Shown piece after piece: positions 1 to 9,424 of a DNA stretch of 64,000 nucleotides. Under the pieces are notes generated by a model. The model ran no database searches. It saw only the letters and a list, made by a program, of their open reading frames with translations, and was not told the DNA's origin. Made by a program: the position numbers and the translations under genes. The stretch spans positions 320,001-384,000 of the forward strand of contig CAVPCT010000004.1 in assembly GCA_963702475.1 (NCBI GenBank), given 5' to 3'. The stretch is from an uncultured Thermoleophilia bacterium. Lineage in GTDB: Bacteria; Actinomycetota; Thermoleophilia; UBA2241. Position 1 is the stretch's first letter, and each line of letters starts with the position of its first letter.

Positions 1-1
1 T

Positions 2-339
2 TCGCCCCTCATCGCGAGCGCCCAGGCGTCGCTGCGCGCCGAGCTCGAGGCCACCGAGTGGGCCACGCCGGACCCGGCGTTCTTCTCTGTCAGCGAGGTC
101 GAGTTCGTCGACGGCGGCTTCGTCGAGGTGCTCGCTCGGCAGCTCGTGGCGCCGGTGCGTTTCACGCAGGCTGTCACTGCTCTATACCAGAAGGGTTATG
201 ATTCGTTCCTTGAGGTCGGCCCGGGCAGCGTGCTCAGCGGCCTCGTGCGGCGCATCACCCCTGAGGCGTCGGTGGCGCGAGCCTCCGACCTCGACTCTAT
301 CGGGGCGCTCCGCGACGACGCAGAGTACTGGGAGGTCGC

Positions 340-343
<4 letters not shown>
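2..343 (+). CDS. fabD: ACP S-malonyltransferase, 5'-truncated by window edge
   Basis: Frame open from base 2: SPLIASAQ...QLVAPVRF..FLEVGPGSVLSGLVRRI, the typical FabD C-terminus; GTGA overlap with fabG. Confidence 0.85.
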
Positions 344-1095
<752 letters not shown>

Positions 1096-1112
1096 CCACG
1101 GACGGGACGGGT

Positions 1113-2357
1113 ATGACAGCACAGCGCAGAGTCGTCGTCACGGGTCTCGGGGTCGTCACCCCGCTGGGCAACGACGTGGACAGCTTCTGGCGGCGCCTCG
1201 TGTCCGGCGCGTCGGGCGTGGGGGAGATCACCCGCTTCGACCACTCCGACCACAAGGTGCACATCGCCGCCGAGGTCAAGGACTTCGACCCGGAGCGGTA
1301 CATCGACAAGCGCAAGGTGCGCCGCCTCGACCTGTTCTCGCGGTACGCGGTCGCGGCCGCCAAGATGGCCGCCGAGGACGCGGCCGTGGACGTTCAGGCC
1401 GAGCCGGACCGCGTCGGCGCCGTGGTCGGCAGTGGCGTCGGCGGCCTGCAGACGCTGCAGAGCGAGATCGAGAATCTCATCGAGAAGGGGCCGGACCGCA
1501 CCAACCCGCTGCTCGTGCCGATGATGATCCCCAACATGGGGGCGGCGCACGTCTCGCTGGAGCTGGGCTCCACTGGGCCTCTGAGCTCCACCTGCACGGC
1601 GTGCGCCGCCGGCTCGGACGCCATCGGCTACGCCGCGCGCATAATCCGCAGCGGCGACGCCGACGTCATGTTCGCCGGCGGCAGCGAGGCGCCGATCAGC
1701 CCCGTGGGCGTGGCCGGCTTTGCCGCCGCCCGCGCCTTGAGCCTCCGCAATGACGACCCGGCCGGTGCGTCGCGTCCCTTCGACGCCGGCCGCGACGGCT
1801 TCGTGATCGGCGAGGGCGCCGGCTGCCTCGTGCTCGAGGAGCTCGAGCACGCCCAGGCCCGCGGCGCCCGCATCTACGCCGAGCTGGCCGGGGCCGGCAT
1901 GAGCTCGGACGCTTTTCATATGACGCTTCCCGACGAGAGCGGCCAGTCGCAGGCGCGCGCCATCACCATGGCGCTCAAGCAGGCCGGGCTCCGGCCGGCA
2001 GACGTCGACTACATCAACGCCCATGGCACCGCCACCTCCGCCGGCGATGTCGCCGAGACCCGGGCCATCAAGAAGGCGCTCGGCGACCACGCGGCCAGGG
2101 TCCCCGTGTCGTCGAACAAGTCCATGATCGGCCACTGCCTGGGCGCCGCCGGCGCCATCGAGGCCGTGGCTACCGTGCTCACGATCGTCAACAGCCTGAT
2201 CCCGCCGACCGTCAATCTCACCGATCCGGACCCCGAGTGCGACCTGGACTACGTGCCGGGCGAGTCGCGGTTCGGGCGGGTGGACGTGGCCGCGAGCAAC
2301 AGCTTCGGTTTCGGCGGCCACGACGTCGCGCTGGTCTTCAGCCGTCACGACGGCTGA
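1113..2357 (+). CDS. fabF: beta-ketoacyl-ACP synthase II
   Basis: RRVVVTGLG start, TACAAG active Cys, NAHGT, KSMIGH, NSFGFGGH. Confidence 0.95.
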   Translation: MTAQRRVVVTGLGVVTPLGNDVDSFWRRLVSGASGVGEITRFDHSDHKVHIAAEVKDFDPERYIDKRKVRRLDLFSRYAVAAAKMAAEDAAVDVQAEPDRVGAVVGSGVGGLQTLQSEIENLIEKGPDRTNPLLVPMMIPNMGAAHVSLELGSTGPLSSTCTACAAGSDAIGYAARIIRSGDADVMFAGGSEAPISPVGVAGFAAARALSLRNDDPAGASRPFDAGRDGFVIGEGAGCLVLEELEHAQARGARIYAELAGAGMSSDAFHMTLPDESGQSQARAITMALKQAGLRPADVDYINAHGTATSAGDVAETRAIKKALGDHAARVPVSSNKSMIGHCLGAAGAIEAVATVLTIVNSLIPPTVNLTDPDPECDLDYVPGESRFGRVDVAASNSFGFGGHDVALVFSRHDG

Positions 2358-2400
2358 GGCGCGCGCTTCCCGAGCCAAACCGAGGGCCGAGGGCCCCTTC

Positions 2401-3402
2401 ATGAACGTCACCGTCGAGATAGAACGCCGCGACAGCGGCCCCGCCAAGCCGGAGTGGGTCTGCCCGTCCTGCAAGGGCGAGGCGCCACTGGCCGAGGTGC
2501 GCGCCAACCTCATGGTGTGCCCGCAGTGCTTCCACCACCTGCGCATCGGGGCACGCGAGCGCATCCGCCAGTTGGTCGACGCCGACACCTTCCGCGAGCT
2601 GTGGTCCGGCCTCCTGCCCAGAGACCCGCTCGGCTTCGTGGACCTCGAGACGTACCCCGAGCGGGTGCGCGAGGCACAAGCGAAGACCGGGCTCACCGAG
2701 GGCATCGTCACGGGCACGGCCGAGATCGACGGTACTCCGTGTGTGCTGGCCGTGATGGACTTCGACTTCCTGGGCGGCAGCATGGGCAGCGTGGTCGGCG
2801 AGAAGCTGTGGCGGGCCAGTGAGCTCGCCGCGAGCGAGGACCTGCCGCTGGTGGCTGTGTGCACCTCGGGCGGTGCGCGCATGCAGGAGGGCATCCTCAG
2901 CCTGATGCAGATGGCCAAGACCACCTGCGCCGTGGATGTCATCAACGAGGCCACGTCGCCGTTCGTCACGATCCTCACCGACCCGTGCACCGGCGGTGTG
3001 GTGGCGAGCTTCGCCTCGCTGGCCGACATCTGTATCGCCGAGCCGGGCGCGCGGCTGTACTTCACGGGGCCGCGCGTCATCCAGGAGACCACGCACGAAG
3101 AGCTGCCCGAGGGGTTCGGCAGCGCCGAGCGCAACCTGGTGCTGGGCCACCTCGACGCCGTGGTGCCGCGCAGGGACCTGCGCGTCAGGGTCGGCAACTA
3201 CCTGCGACTGCTGGGAGGAGGTGAGGAACCTGAGCGAGCTACCACAGCCGCCGGACGAGCGCGAGGCAAGGGTGGGCTGGCTGCGACAGCGCTTGAGCGA
3301 GCTAAAGCTCTTGCAGCGTATGCCCGGCGTTCATCTGAGCGAGGAGATCGAGAAGCTCCAGGCCAGGCTGAAGAGCCTCCAGCACGAGAACCGGAGGCAT
3401 GA
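2401..3402 (+). CDS. accD: acetyl-CoA carboxylase carboxyltransferase beta subunit
   Basis: CPSC/CPQC zinc finger, GGSMGSVVGEK, SGGARMQEG; the C-terminal ~60 aa overlap accA. Confidence 0.9.
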   Translation: MNVTVEIERRDSGPAKPEWVCPSCKGEAPLAEVRANLMVCPQCFHHLRIGARERIRQLVDADTFRELWSGLLPRDPLGFVDLETYPERVREAQAKTGLTEGIVTGTAEIDGTPCVLAVMDFDFLGGSMGSVVGEKLWRASELAASEDLPLVAVCTSGGARMQEGILSLMQMAKTTCAVDVINEATSPFVTILTDPCTGGVVASFASLADICIAEPGARLYFTGPRVIQETTHEELPEGFGSAERNLVLGHLDAVVPRRDLRVRVGNYLRLLGGGEEPERATTAAGRARGKGGLAATALERAKALAAYARRSSERGDREAPGQAEEPPAREPEA

Positions 3403-4243
3403 TGCCTGGCTGACCGTGGAGATCGCGCGGCACAAGGACAGGCCGCGCACACGCGACTACATCGGGCGCCTCATCGAGGGGTTCGAGGAGCTGCGCGGCG
3501 ATCGCCTGCGCGCCGACGACCCTGCCATCGTCGGCGGGCTCGGCTGGTTCGAGGGACGCGCTGTCATGGTGGTCGGCCACCAGAAGGGTCGCACCCTCGA
3601 CGAGCAGGAGCACCACAGCTGGGGCATGGCCAAGCCGGAGGGCTACCGCAAAGCGCAGCGCCTGTTCGCGCTCGCGGAACGGCACTTCCTCCCGGTGCTC
3701 ACCTTCGTCGACACGCCGGGCGCGTATCCGGGTGTGGCGGCGGAGGAGGGCGGCCAGGCGCGCGCCATCGCCGAGACCATGCTCAGGATGGCGCGCCTCA
3801 GCGTGCCCGTCGTCGCCACCGTAATCGGCGAGGGCGGGTCCGGCGGCGCTCTCGCCCTCGCGGTGGCCGACAGGGTCCTCATGCAGGAGAACGCCACCTA
3901 CTCCGTGATCACGCCTGAGGGCTGTGCCGCCATCCTGTGGCGCGACGCCGCCTTCGCGTCCCAGGCGGCCGAGGCGCTCAAGCCGACAGCGTCGCAGCTG
4001 CTGGAGCTGGGCGTGATCGACAAGGTGCTCGAGGAGCCCCGAGGCGGCGCCCACCACAATCCTGACGCCGCCGCCGGCGCCGTCGGCGCCGCGATCCACG
4101 AGGCGCTCAGCGAGCTGGCGCCGATCCCGCCCGACCAGCGCCGGCGCGTGCGCCGGCGCCGCTTCCAGGGTCTCGGCGACTGGGAGGACCCGGAAGCACC
4201 GCCCGGCTCTCTCTCGCTGTTCGGCGGGTACGCGGCTCCCTGA
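3221..4243 (+). CDS. accA: acetyl-CoA carboxylase carboxyltransferase alpha subunit (start uncertain: GTG 3221 or CTG 3230)
   Basis: ARHxDRP, GHQKG, PEGYRKA, DTPGAYPG, GEGGSGGAL, YSVITPEGCAAILW. Confidence 0.9.
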   Translation: MRNLSELPQPPDEREARVGWLRQRLSELKLLQRMPGVHLSEEIEKLQARLKSLQHENRRHDAWLTVEIARHKDRPRTRDYIGRLIEGFEELRGDRLRADDPAIVGGLGWFEGRAVMVVGHQKGRTLDEQEHHSWGMAKPEGYRKAQRLFALAERHFLPVLTFVDTPGAYPGVAAEEGGQARAIAETMLRMARLSVPVVATVIGEGGSGGALALAVADRVLMQENATYSVITPEGCAAILWRDAAFASQAAEALKPTASQLLELGVIDKVLEEPRGGAHHNPDAAAGAVGAAIHEALSELAPIPPDQRRRVRRRRFQGLGDWEDPEAPPGSLSLFGGYAAP

Positions 4244-4392
4244 CCGTCGCGGCCATCGACGTTGCCGGCCGGTGATCCTTCGTCCGTCGGGCCGCGTCAC
4301 CCTGCCGTCCGTTCCAGCCGCCCGCGCGCGTGCGGCGTCACGCCTCACCTACGGCGTCGCGCGCCCTGCAACCGGGTACGACTCTCATCGTG

Positions 4393-5301
4393 ATGCCCCC
4401 CGTCATCATCGCCCAGCACCTGCACAAGCGCTACAAGGACTTCGTGGCCGTCCACGACGCCTCACTGGACGTCGAACAGGGCGAGATCTTCGGCCTGCTC
4501 GGCTCCAACGGGGCCGGCAAGACGACCACCGTCGAGATCCTGCAGGGTCTGCGCAAGGCGGACGGCGGCGAGGTGCGCGTGCTCGGCCTGGATCCCATGA
4601 CCCAGGCACGCGAGCTGCGCCGCCGCATCGGCTCCCAGCTGCAGCAGTCGGCCCTTCCCGACCACGTGCGCGTGGGCGAGGCGCTGGACCTGTTCTCCGC
4701 CATCATGCCGGGCGGTCGCGACTGGCGACACGTCATGGAGCAGTGGGGCCTGGCGGACAAGCGCAGGGATTCCTTCCACGGGCTCTCCGGCGGGCAGAAG
4801 CAGCGCCTGTTCATCGCTCTGGCCCTGGTCAACGACCCTGAGCTCGTGTTCCTCGACGAGATGACGACGGGCTTGGACCCCGCAGCGCGTCGTGTCGCCT
4901 GGGGTCTCGTGCGCACGGTGCGCGACATGGGCACCACCGTCGTCCTGGTCACGCACTTCATGGAAGAGGCGGAGCGGCTGTGCGACCGCATCGCGGTGAT
5001 GGACGCCGGCCGCATCGTCGCCGAGGGATCGCCATCGCAGCTCATCGCCGAGCACGCGAGATCGGTCACCGTCGTGTTCTCGACCGACGCGCCGGATGTG
5101 AGCTGGCTGGAGCACGCGCCGCACGCGGAGAAGGTGGCGCGGCACGGCGCACGCGTGGAGGTGCGAGGCCGCGGTCCGGTGCTCGCGCACGTCGCCGCGG
5201 CCCTCGTGGACCACGGCATCACGCCTCCCGACCTGCACGTGGACCAGCCTACGCTGGAGGACGTCTTCCTTCAGCTCACCGGCCACGCGATGGAGGAGTA
5301 G
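4393..5301 (+). CDS. ABC-2 exporter ATP-binding protein
   Basis: GSNGAGKTT Walker A, LSGGQ signature, LVFLDE Walker B, TLEDVFL tail. Confidence 0.9.
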   Translation: MPPVIIAQHLHKRYKDFVAVHDASLDVEQGEIFGLLGSNGAGKTTTVEILQGLRKADGGEVRVLGLDPMTQARELRRRIGSQLQQSALPDHVRVGEALDLFSAIMPGGRDWRHVMEQWGLADKRRDSFHGLSGGQKQRLFIALALVNDPELVFLDEMTTGLDPAARRVAWGLVRTVRDMGTTVVLVTHFMEEAERLCDRIAVMDAGRIVAEGSPSQLIAEHARSVTVVFSTDAPDVSWLEHAPHAEKVARHGARVEVRGRGPVLAHVAAALVDHGITPPDLHVDQPTLEDVFLQLTGHAMEE

Positions 5302-5305
5302 GCGC

Positions 5306-6079
5306 GTGAGTCAGTCCGCCTTGCGCAGAGCGCGCGTCCTGGTGCTGCTCAAGCTCACGTGGCTGGAGATCAAGCTGCTCGCGCGAGAACCGGTCACCCT
5401 GCTCTTCTCGTTCCTCTTCCCGATCCTGGTGCTCGTGCTGCTGGGGGGCATCTTCGGGGCCGAGCGCATGGATGAAGGCTCGTTCGCGGGCATCAAGATG
5501 ATGGACTGGTACGTGCCCGCGTACATCGGGCTGGTGATCGCCTCCATCGGAACGGTCTCACTGCCCGTGCACCTGGCGTCGTACCGGGAGAAGGGCGTCC
5601 TGCGTCGCTTCCGCGCGAGCGGTGTATCGGAGGCGGCTCTGCTGGGGTCCCAGCTGCTGGTGAGCCTGGGGGTGGCTCTCATCGGCGCCCTCATCATCAC
5701 CGTCGTCGGCATGGCTGCCTACGACGCCAGGGTGCCGGCGTCGCCCGGCGAGGTGGCGCTCGCCTACGTGGTCGGGATGTTCTGCTTCGCGGCCATCGGC
5801 GTGCTCCTCGCCTCGCTCGCGCCGACGGCCCGGGCCGCGCAGTCGATCGGCCTGCTTCTGTGGTTCGTCCTCCTGTTCGTCTCGGGAACGTCCGCTCCAC
5901 TCGACCGCCTGCCCGACTGGATGGTGACCGTGGGCAAGGCGCTGCCGCTGTACCACGTGGTGCTGACGCTGGTGGACCCCTGGGTGGGGCGCGGGACGAA
6001 CTGGGTACAGCTGGCGCTGGTTGCGGCCGTCGGTCTGGCGGCCACCTTGGTCAGCCTGCGGTTCTTCCGCTGGGACTAG
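5306..6079 (+). CDS. ABC-2 exporter permease
   Basis: About six hydrophobic segments, YREKGVLRR, FFRWD end; follows the ATPase. Confidence 0.88.
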   Translation: MSQSALRRARVLVLLKLTWLEIKLLAREPVTLLFSFLFPILVLVLLGGIFGAERMDEGSFAGIKMMDWYVPAYIGLVIASIGTVSLPVHLASYREKGVLRRFRASGVSEAALLGSQLLVSLGVALIGALIITVVGMAAYDARVPASPGEVALAYVVGMFCFAAIGVLLASLAPTARAAQSIGLLLWFVLLFVSGTSAPLDRLPDWMVTVGKALPLYHVVLTLVDPWVGRGTNWVQLALVAAVGLAATLVSLRFFRWD

Positions 6080-6083
6080 AGCG

Positions 6084-6719
6084 TCACAGCTCCTGAAGGA
6101 CCCCGAAGAGGCGCTGCTTGACGGCCGCCTGGATGCGCCGCAGCGCCGGGTCGCCGTACAACCACACCTGGCCGACCGGGTCGGCGCTGGTCACGATACT
6201 GCCGCCGCCCTCGGCGGGCACGACGGCAATGGGCACGAGCAGCGCCACGGGAGCCCGCGGGTCGAGCTCGAACGACTTCACGATCGCGGCCGGCGCGCCC
6301 ACGTGCAGAAGGACGTACTCGTCGGGCAGCCGCGCGTCGAGCTGCGGGCCCGCAAGGCGCGAGACGATGGTGAACTCCTTGTCCAGCAGCAACTCGGCCA
6401 GACGCGCCAGAGCCGTGCGCGGCGGCACCGACAGGGCTCTGGAGCGCCGCCAGGCGCCCATGGCTGCATGCTTGTCCGCGTCGTCCGGTCGCGGGTAGGT
6501 CGTCCGCAGGTACTCGAGGGCGTCGTCTGGGTCGGTGTGGACCTTGTCGCCGTCCTGCAGCACGGGGACGCCAGTCTGCCCCGAGACGGCGACCACCTCC
6601 GGTCGCTGCTCGCGGTCGGCGGCGACGTTGACGGCCGTGTAAGTGAGGCCCAACTCGGTCATGAGCTGGCGGATGCGATGCGAGTCGGGGCACCACTCGG
6701 TCTCGTACAGCGTGAGCAT
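6084..6719 (-). CDS. glutaredoxin-like (CPDS) plus DUF302-like fusion protein
   Basis: N-terminal YETEWCPDS...SGQTGVPVL thioredoxin-fold motifs; C-terminal DUF302-like pattern (YVLL..P...DP..ALLVPIAV...G.SIV...DP). Confidence 0.7.
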   Translation of the reverse strand: MLTLYETEWCPDSHRIRQLMTELGLTYTAVNVAADREQRPEVVAVSGQTGVPVLQDGDKVHTDPDDALEYLRTTYPRPDDADKHAAMGAWRRSRALSVPPRTALARLAELLLDKEFTIVSRLAGPQLDARLPDEYVLLHVGAPAAIVKSFELDPRAPVALLVPIAVVPAEGGGSIVTSADPVGQVWLYGDPALRRIQAAVKQRLFGVLQEL

Positions 6720-6725
6720 GGGCCG

Positions 6726-7361
6726 TCAGAGCTCCTTGAGCGCGTCGGCGAGGCGCTTCTTGGCCAGGTGCTGCGCCTTGCGCAGGGGCGGCGCGCCGTA
6801 CAGCCAGACCTGGCCGACTGGGTCGGCCGCCGACACCGTGCTGCCGCCGTCGCCGGCGGGGACGACGGCGACCGCGATGAGCAGAGCCCCCGGCGCCAGC
6901 GGGTCGGCCGCGTACGCAGCTGCGGCCGCTTCCGGGAGCGCGACGGAGAGATGCACGTAGTCGTCCGGCAGGCCGGCGTCTATTCCGGTCCCGCGTGTCT
7001 CGGCGACGACGGTGAGGCCCTTCTCCGCCAGCTCGGCGTGAAGTCGTGCGAGCGCGTCCGCGGGAGCGAGGTCGAGCGTGCGTGACAGGCGCCACGCCCC
7101 GCGGCGCACGTGCTCCGGGGCGTCGGCCGGCTCCGGATACGTGGTCCTGAGATACGGGATGATCTCGTTCGCGCCGACATAGGCGTGCCCGTCGTCTTCG
7201 AGCACGGGCACGCCGCTCTGGCCGGAGACGGCCACGACGTCCGGCCGGTCCTCGCGGTCGGCGGCGACGTTGACCGTGTCGTAGGTGAGGCCGAGCTCGG
7301 TCATGGTCTGGCGCACGGTGTGACAGTCCGGGCACCATTCCAGTTGGTAGAACCTGATCAT
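6726..7361 (-). CDS. glutaredoxin-like (CPDC) plus DUF302-like fusion protein, tandem paralogue
   Basis: MIRFYQLEWCPDC...SGQSGVPVL; same 211-aa length as its neighbour; AAGGAG RBS upstream. Confidence 0.72.
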   Translation of the reverse strand: MIRFYQLEWCPDCHTVRQTMTELGLTYDTVNVAADREDRPDVVAVSGQSGVPVLEDDGHAYVGANEIIPYLRTTYPEPADAPEHVRRGAWRLSRTLDLAPADALARLHAELAEKGLTVVAETRGTGIDAGLPDDYVHLSVALPEAAAAAYAADPLAPGALLIAVAVVPAGDGGSTVSAADPVGQVWLYGAPPLRKAQHLAKKRLADALKEL

Positions 7362-7398
7362 CTGTCCCGACTCCTTGCGGGTGGATGGTGAAAGGTGG

Positions 7399-7416
7399 GC
7401 GGCGCGACCGCGCCGC
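7399..7416 (-). promoter_or_regulatory. candidate bacterial SECIS element
   Basis: Minus strand GCGGCGC-GGTC-GCGCCGC, with the stem starting 12 nt after the UGA. Confidence 0.62.
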
Positions 7417-7419
7417 GGG

Positions 7420-7629
7420 TCAGCAGCCTCAGCCGTAGCCGGTGCGCTGGACGGGCGCACCGCAGTTGGGATCGGAGAGCGGTCCGTTGCGCAGGTAGCT
7501 GCCGAACGACTGCTTGATCTCCTTGCTCTCACACTCCGGGCACTGCTTCTGCTGCGGTTTGACGGCGCCGCGGGTGACGAGCTGCCACTTGTGCCCGCAG
7601 CCTTGGCAGTGCAGGTCGAGAACGGCCAT
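7420..7629 (-). CDS. FmdB-family zinc-ribbon protein, probable selenoprotein (UGA at 7431-7429 read as Sec; ends at 7429 if not recoded)
   Basis: CQGC...CPEC zinc ribbon; C-terminus GYG-TGA-GGC-TGC-TGA followed by a SECIS-like hairpin. Confidence 0.7.
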
Positions 7630-7826
7630 CAGGATACCCCCACCTTGTCCGGGACCCAGGAGAATACGCGACACACCTGTGCACAGGCGCGGCACTCAGT
7701 GCAGAGCTCCTCGTCGATGCGCGGAGCGGAGTAGATGTCAGGTTGCACGATGGCTCCTTCGGGGCAGTACCGCACGGCGGGGCACGGGTGGTTCTGGGGG
7801 CAGGCCTGTGCGTTGACCTCGATCAT
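7629..7826 (-). CDS. small 4Fe-4S ferredoxin
   Basis: CPQNHPCPAVRYCP and CTECRACAQVC; TGATG coupling to the zinc-ribbon gene. Confidence 0.85.
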   Translation of the reverse strand: MIEVNAQACPQNHPCPAVRYCPEGAIVQPDIYSAPRIDEELCTECRACAQVCRVFSWVPDKVGVS

Positions 7827-8161
7827 GCGATCTTCTCCTCGTGGTTCTCCAGGATGTGGGCCTTGTCTGCCGCCTCGCGGCCGACGATCTCGTCGATGAG
7901 CTGGCAGGCCTGCGAGAGGCGCTTGTCGACGACCTCCCACAGCACGCGTCCGTCCCGGCGCGAGCGCCGGACGAGGCCCTCGCGCTGCAGCACGGAGAGA
8001 TGCTGTGAGACGTTGGGGCGGCTGACCTCCAGCTCATCGGCCAGGTCGCTCGGGGTGCGAGGCTCGTCGCACAGAAGATGCATGAGCTCGTGGCGCGTGG
8101 GGTTGGCGAGCGCGGCGAACACGGCCGCGTGGATCTCGTAGCGTTGGCGGTCTGCGGTCAT
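7823..8161 (-). CDS. ArsR/SmtB family transcriptional repressor
   Basis: FAALANPTR, VSQHLSVLQREGLV helix-turn-helix; ATGA overlap with the ferredoxin. Confidence 0.9.
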   Translation of the reverse strand: MTADRQRYEIHAAVFAALANPTRHELMHLLCDEPRTPSDLADELEVSRPNVSQHLSVLQREGLVRRSRRDGRVLWEVVDKRLSQACQLIDEIVGREAADKAHILENHEEKIA

Positions 8162-8272
8162 AGCGGTAGTATTGCCCGAGTTTCGAAATTTCGCAACATG
8201 GCAATCCATGGAGCAGTGAATGGGCCGGCTCACAGCGAGGCCGGTCGTGGACCGAAGCCGGAGGCGCGAACG

Positions 8273-8692
8273 ATGGCGGACATGAGCATCTACTTCCCTG
8301 GCGGCAAGCGTGTGTACGCCGACTACGGCGGCTTCACGATAGAGACCGACCAGCCGACGCGGGGCGGCGGTGACGGGTCCGCGCCGGCGCCCTTCGACCT
8401 GTTCCTCGCCTCCATCGGCACCTGCGCCGGTATCTTCGCTTTGGGCTTCATGCAGCAGCGCGGCATCGACCCCACCGGATCGGGCATCGCCCTGAGCGTG
8501 CACTTCGATGCGGAGAAGGGTCTGATCGGCGAGATCGACATCGAACTGACGCTGCCGCCCGAGTTCCCCGAGAAGTACAGGGGGGCCATCGTGAACGCCA
8601 TGGAGCTGTGCAGCGTGAAGAAGCACCTGCACGATCCGCCGGAGTTCAAGGTGACGGCCGTCGCCAACGAGACGGCCGGTGCGACGAGCTGA
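8273..8692 (+). CDS. OsmC-like protein
   Basis: TDQP..GGG.GSAPAPFDLFLASIGTC and CSVKKHL. Confidence 0.85.
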   Translation: MADMSIYFPGGKRVYADYGGFTIETDQPTRGGGDGSAPAPFDLFLASIGTCAGIFALGFMQQRGIDPTGSGIALSVHFDAEKGLIGEIDIELTLPPEFPEKYRGAIVNAMELCSVKKHLHDPPEFKVTAVANETAGATS

Positions 8693-8725
8693 CCCGCGGT
8701 GATGACGGACTGTGGAGATGATGTG

Positions 8726-9313
8726 ATGGCAGAGGCGTTCCAGGCGGGTCACGGGGGCAAGCTGTCGGCTCCGGAGCGGCTCAGGGCCCTGCCGCAGGCC
8801 GATGTCGTCCGCTTCCTGCGGCTGGACGGCGACGAGACCGTGGTCGACTACGGCGCCGGCACCGGCGTGTACACCGAGGCGGTCGCGGAGGCGCTGCCGC
8901 AGGGTCTGGTGATCGCCGTCGAGGCGCTGCCGGAGCTGGCCGAGCAACTGCGCGCCAAGCTCGATGAGAGTCTGCTCCAGCGCGTGAACGTCGTGGTGAC
9001 CGCCGACAACCACGTTCCCGTGGAGGACGGTTGCGCCGACCGCGTGGTCATGGTCGACGTCCTCCACCACCTCTACGACCAGCCCGGCGCTCTGGACGAG
9101 GCCGCCCGGCTGCTGCGCCCCGGTGGCCTGTTCGTGGTGATCGACTGGGGCGTCAAAGAACGGCCGGTCGGACCGCCGCTCGGACATGTCCTCGGGCTCG
9201 AGGCGGTCAGGTCGATCGCACGGGACATGGGCCTGGAAGAGGTCGAGTCGCACGACCAGGGCGACGGTCTCTGCTGCCACGTGGTGCTCGTGGCGCGGAA
9301 GCCCGCCGCTTGA
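8726..9313 (+). CDS. class I SAM-dependent methyltransferase
   Basis: VVDYGAGTG motif I, LHH, RLLRPGG, IDW..GPP. Confidence 0.85.
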   Translation: MAEAFQAGHGGKLSAPERLRALPQADVVRFLRLDGDETVVDYGAGTGVYTEAVAEALPQGLVIAVEALPELAEQLRAKLDESLLQRVNVVVTADNHVPVEDGCADRVVMVDVLHHLYDQPGALDEAARLLRPGGLFVVIDWGVKERPVGPPLGHVLGLEAVRSIARDMGLEEVESHDQGDGLCCHVVLVARKPAA

Positions 9314-9424
9314 GCGGCGTCGCGGCGGCGGGTCCTCCCCCCTCACCCGCCGCCGCGGCGCCGTCTCGCGCGAGTACGCTGGGCGGGCGGTCGGGGGCCG
9401 GGCCTGGACCAGGACAGCACCGGA

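Noticed and set aside
6717-6728. The two Grx-DUF302 genes are in frame, separated by TGA plus 6 nt
   Set aside because: Both end at the equivalent residue (KEL/QEL), there is no hairpin and an AAGGAG lies upstream; ordinary tandem genes
7420-7422. Second UGA read as another Sec
   Set aside because: Too close to the hairpin (3 nt), and readthrough would run out of frame over the next gene
7629-7826. Ferredoxin as HgcB (mercury methylation)
   Set aside because: No hgcA nearby, no C-terminal Cys tail, and the CPQNH-type motif is different
8690-8728. osmC TGA is in frame with the downstream methyltransferase (possible Sec or readthrough fusion)
   Set aside because: No SECIS-like hairpin, the position is not a Cys-equivalent site, and the methyltransferase has its own GGAG RBS
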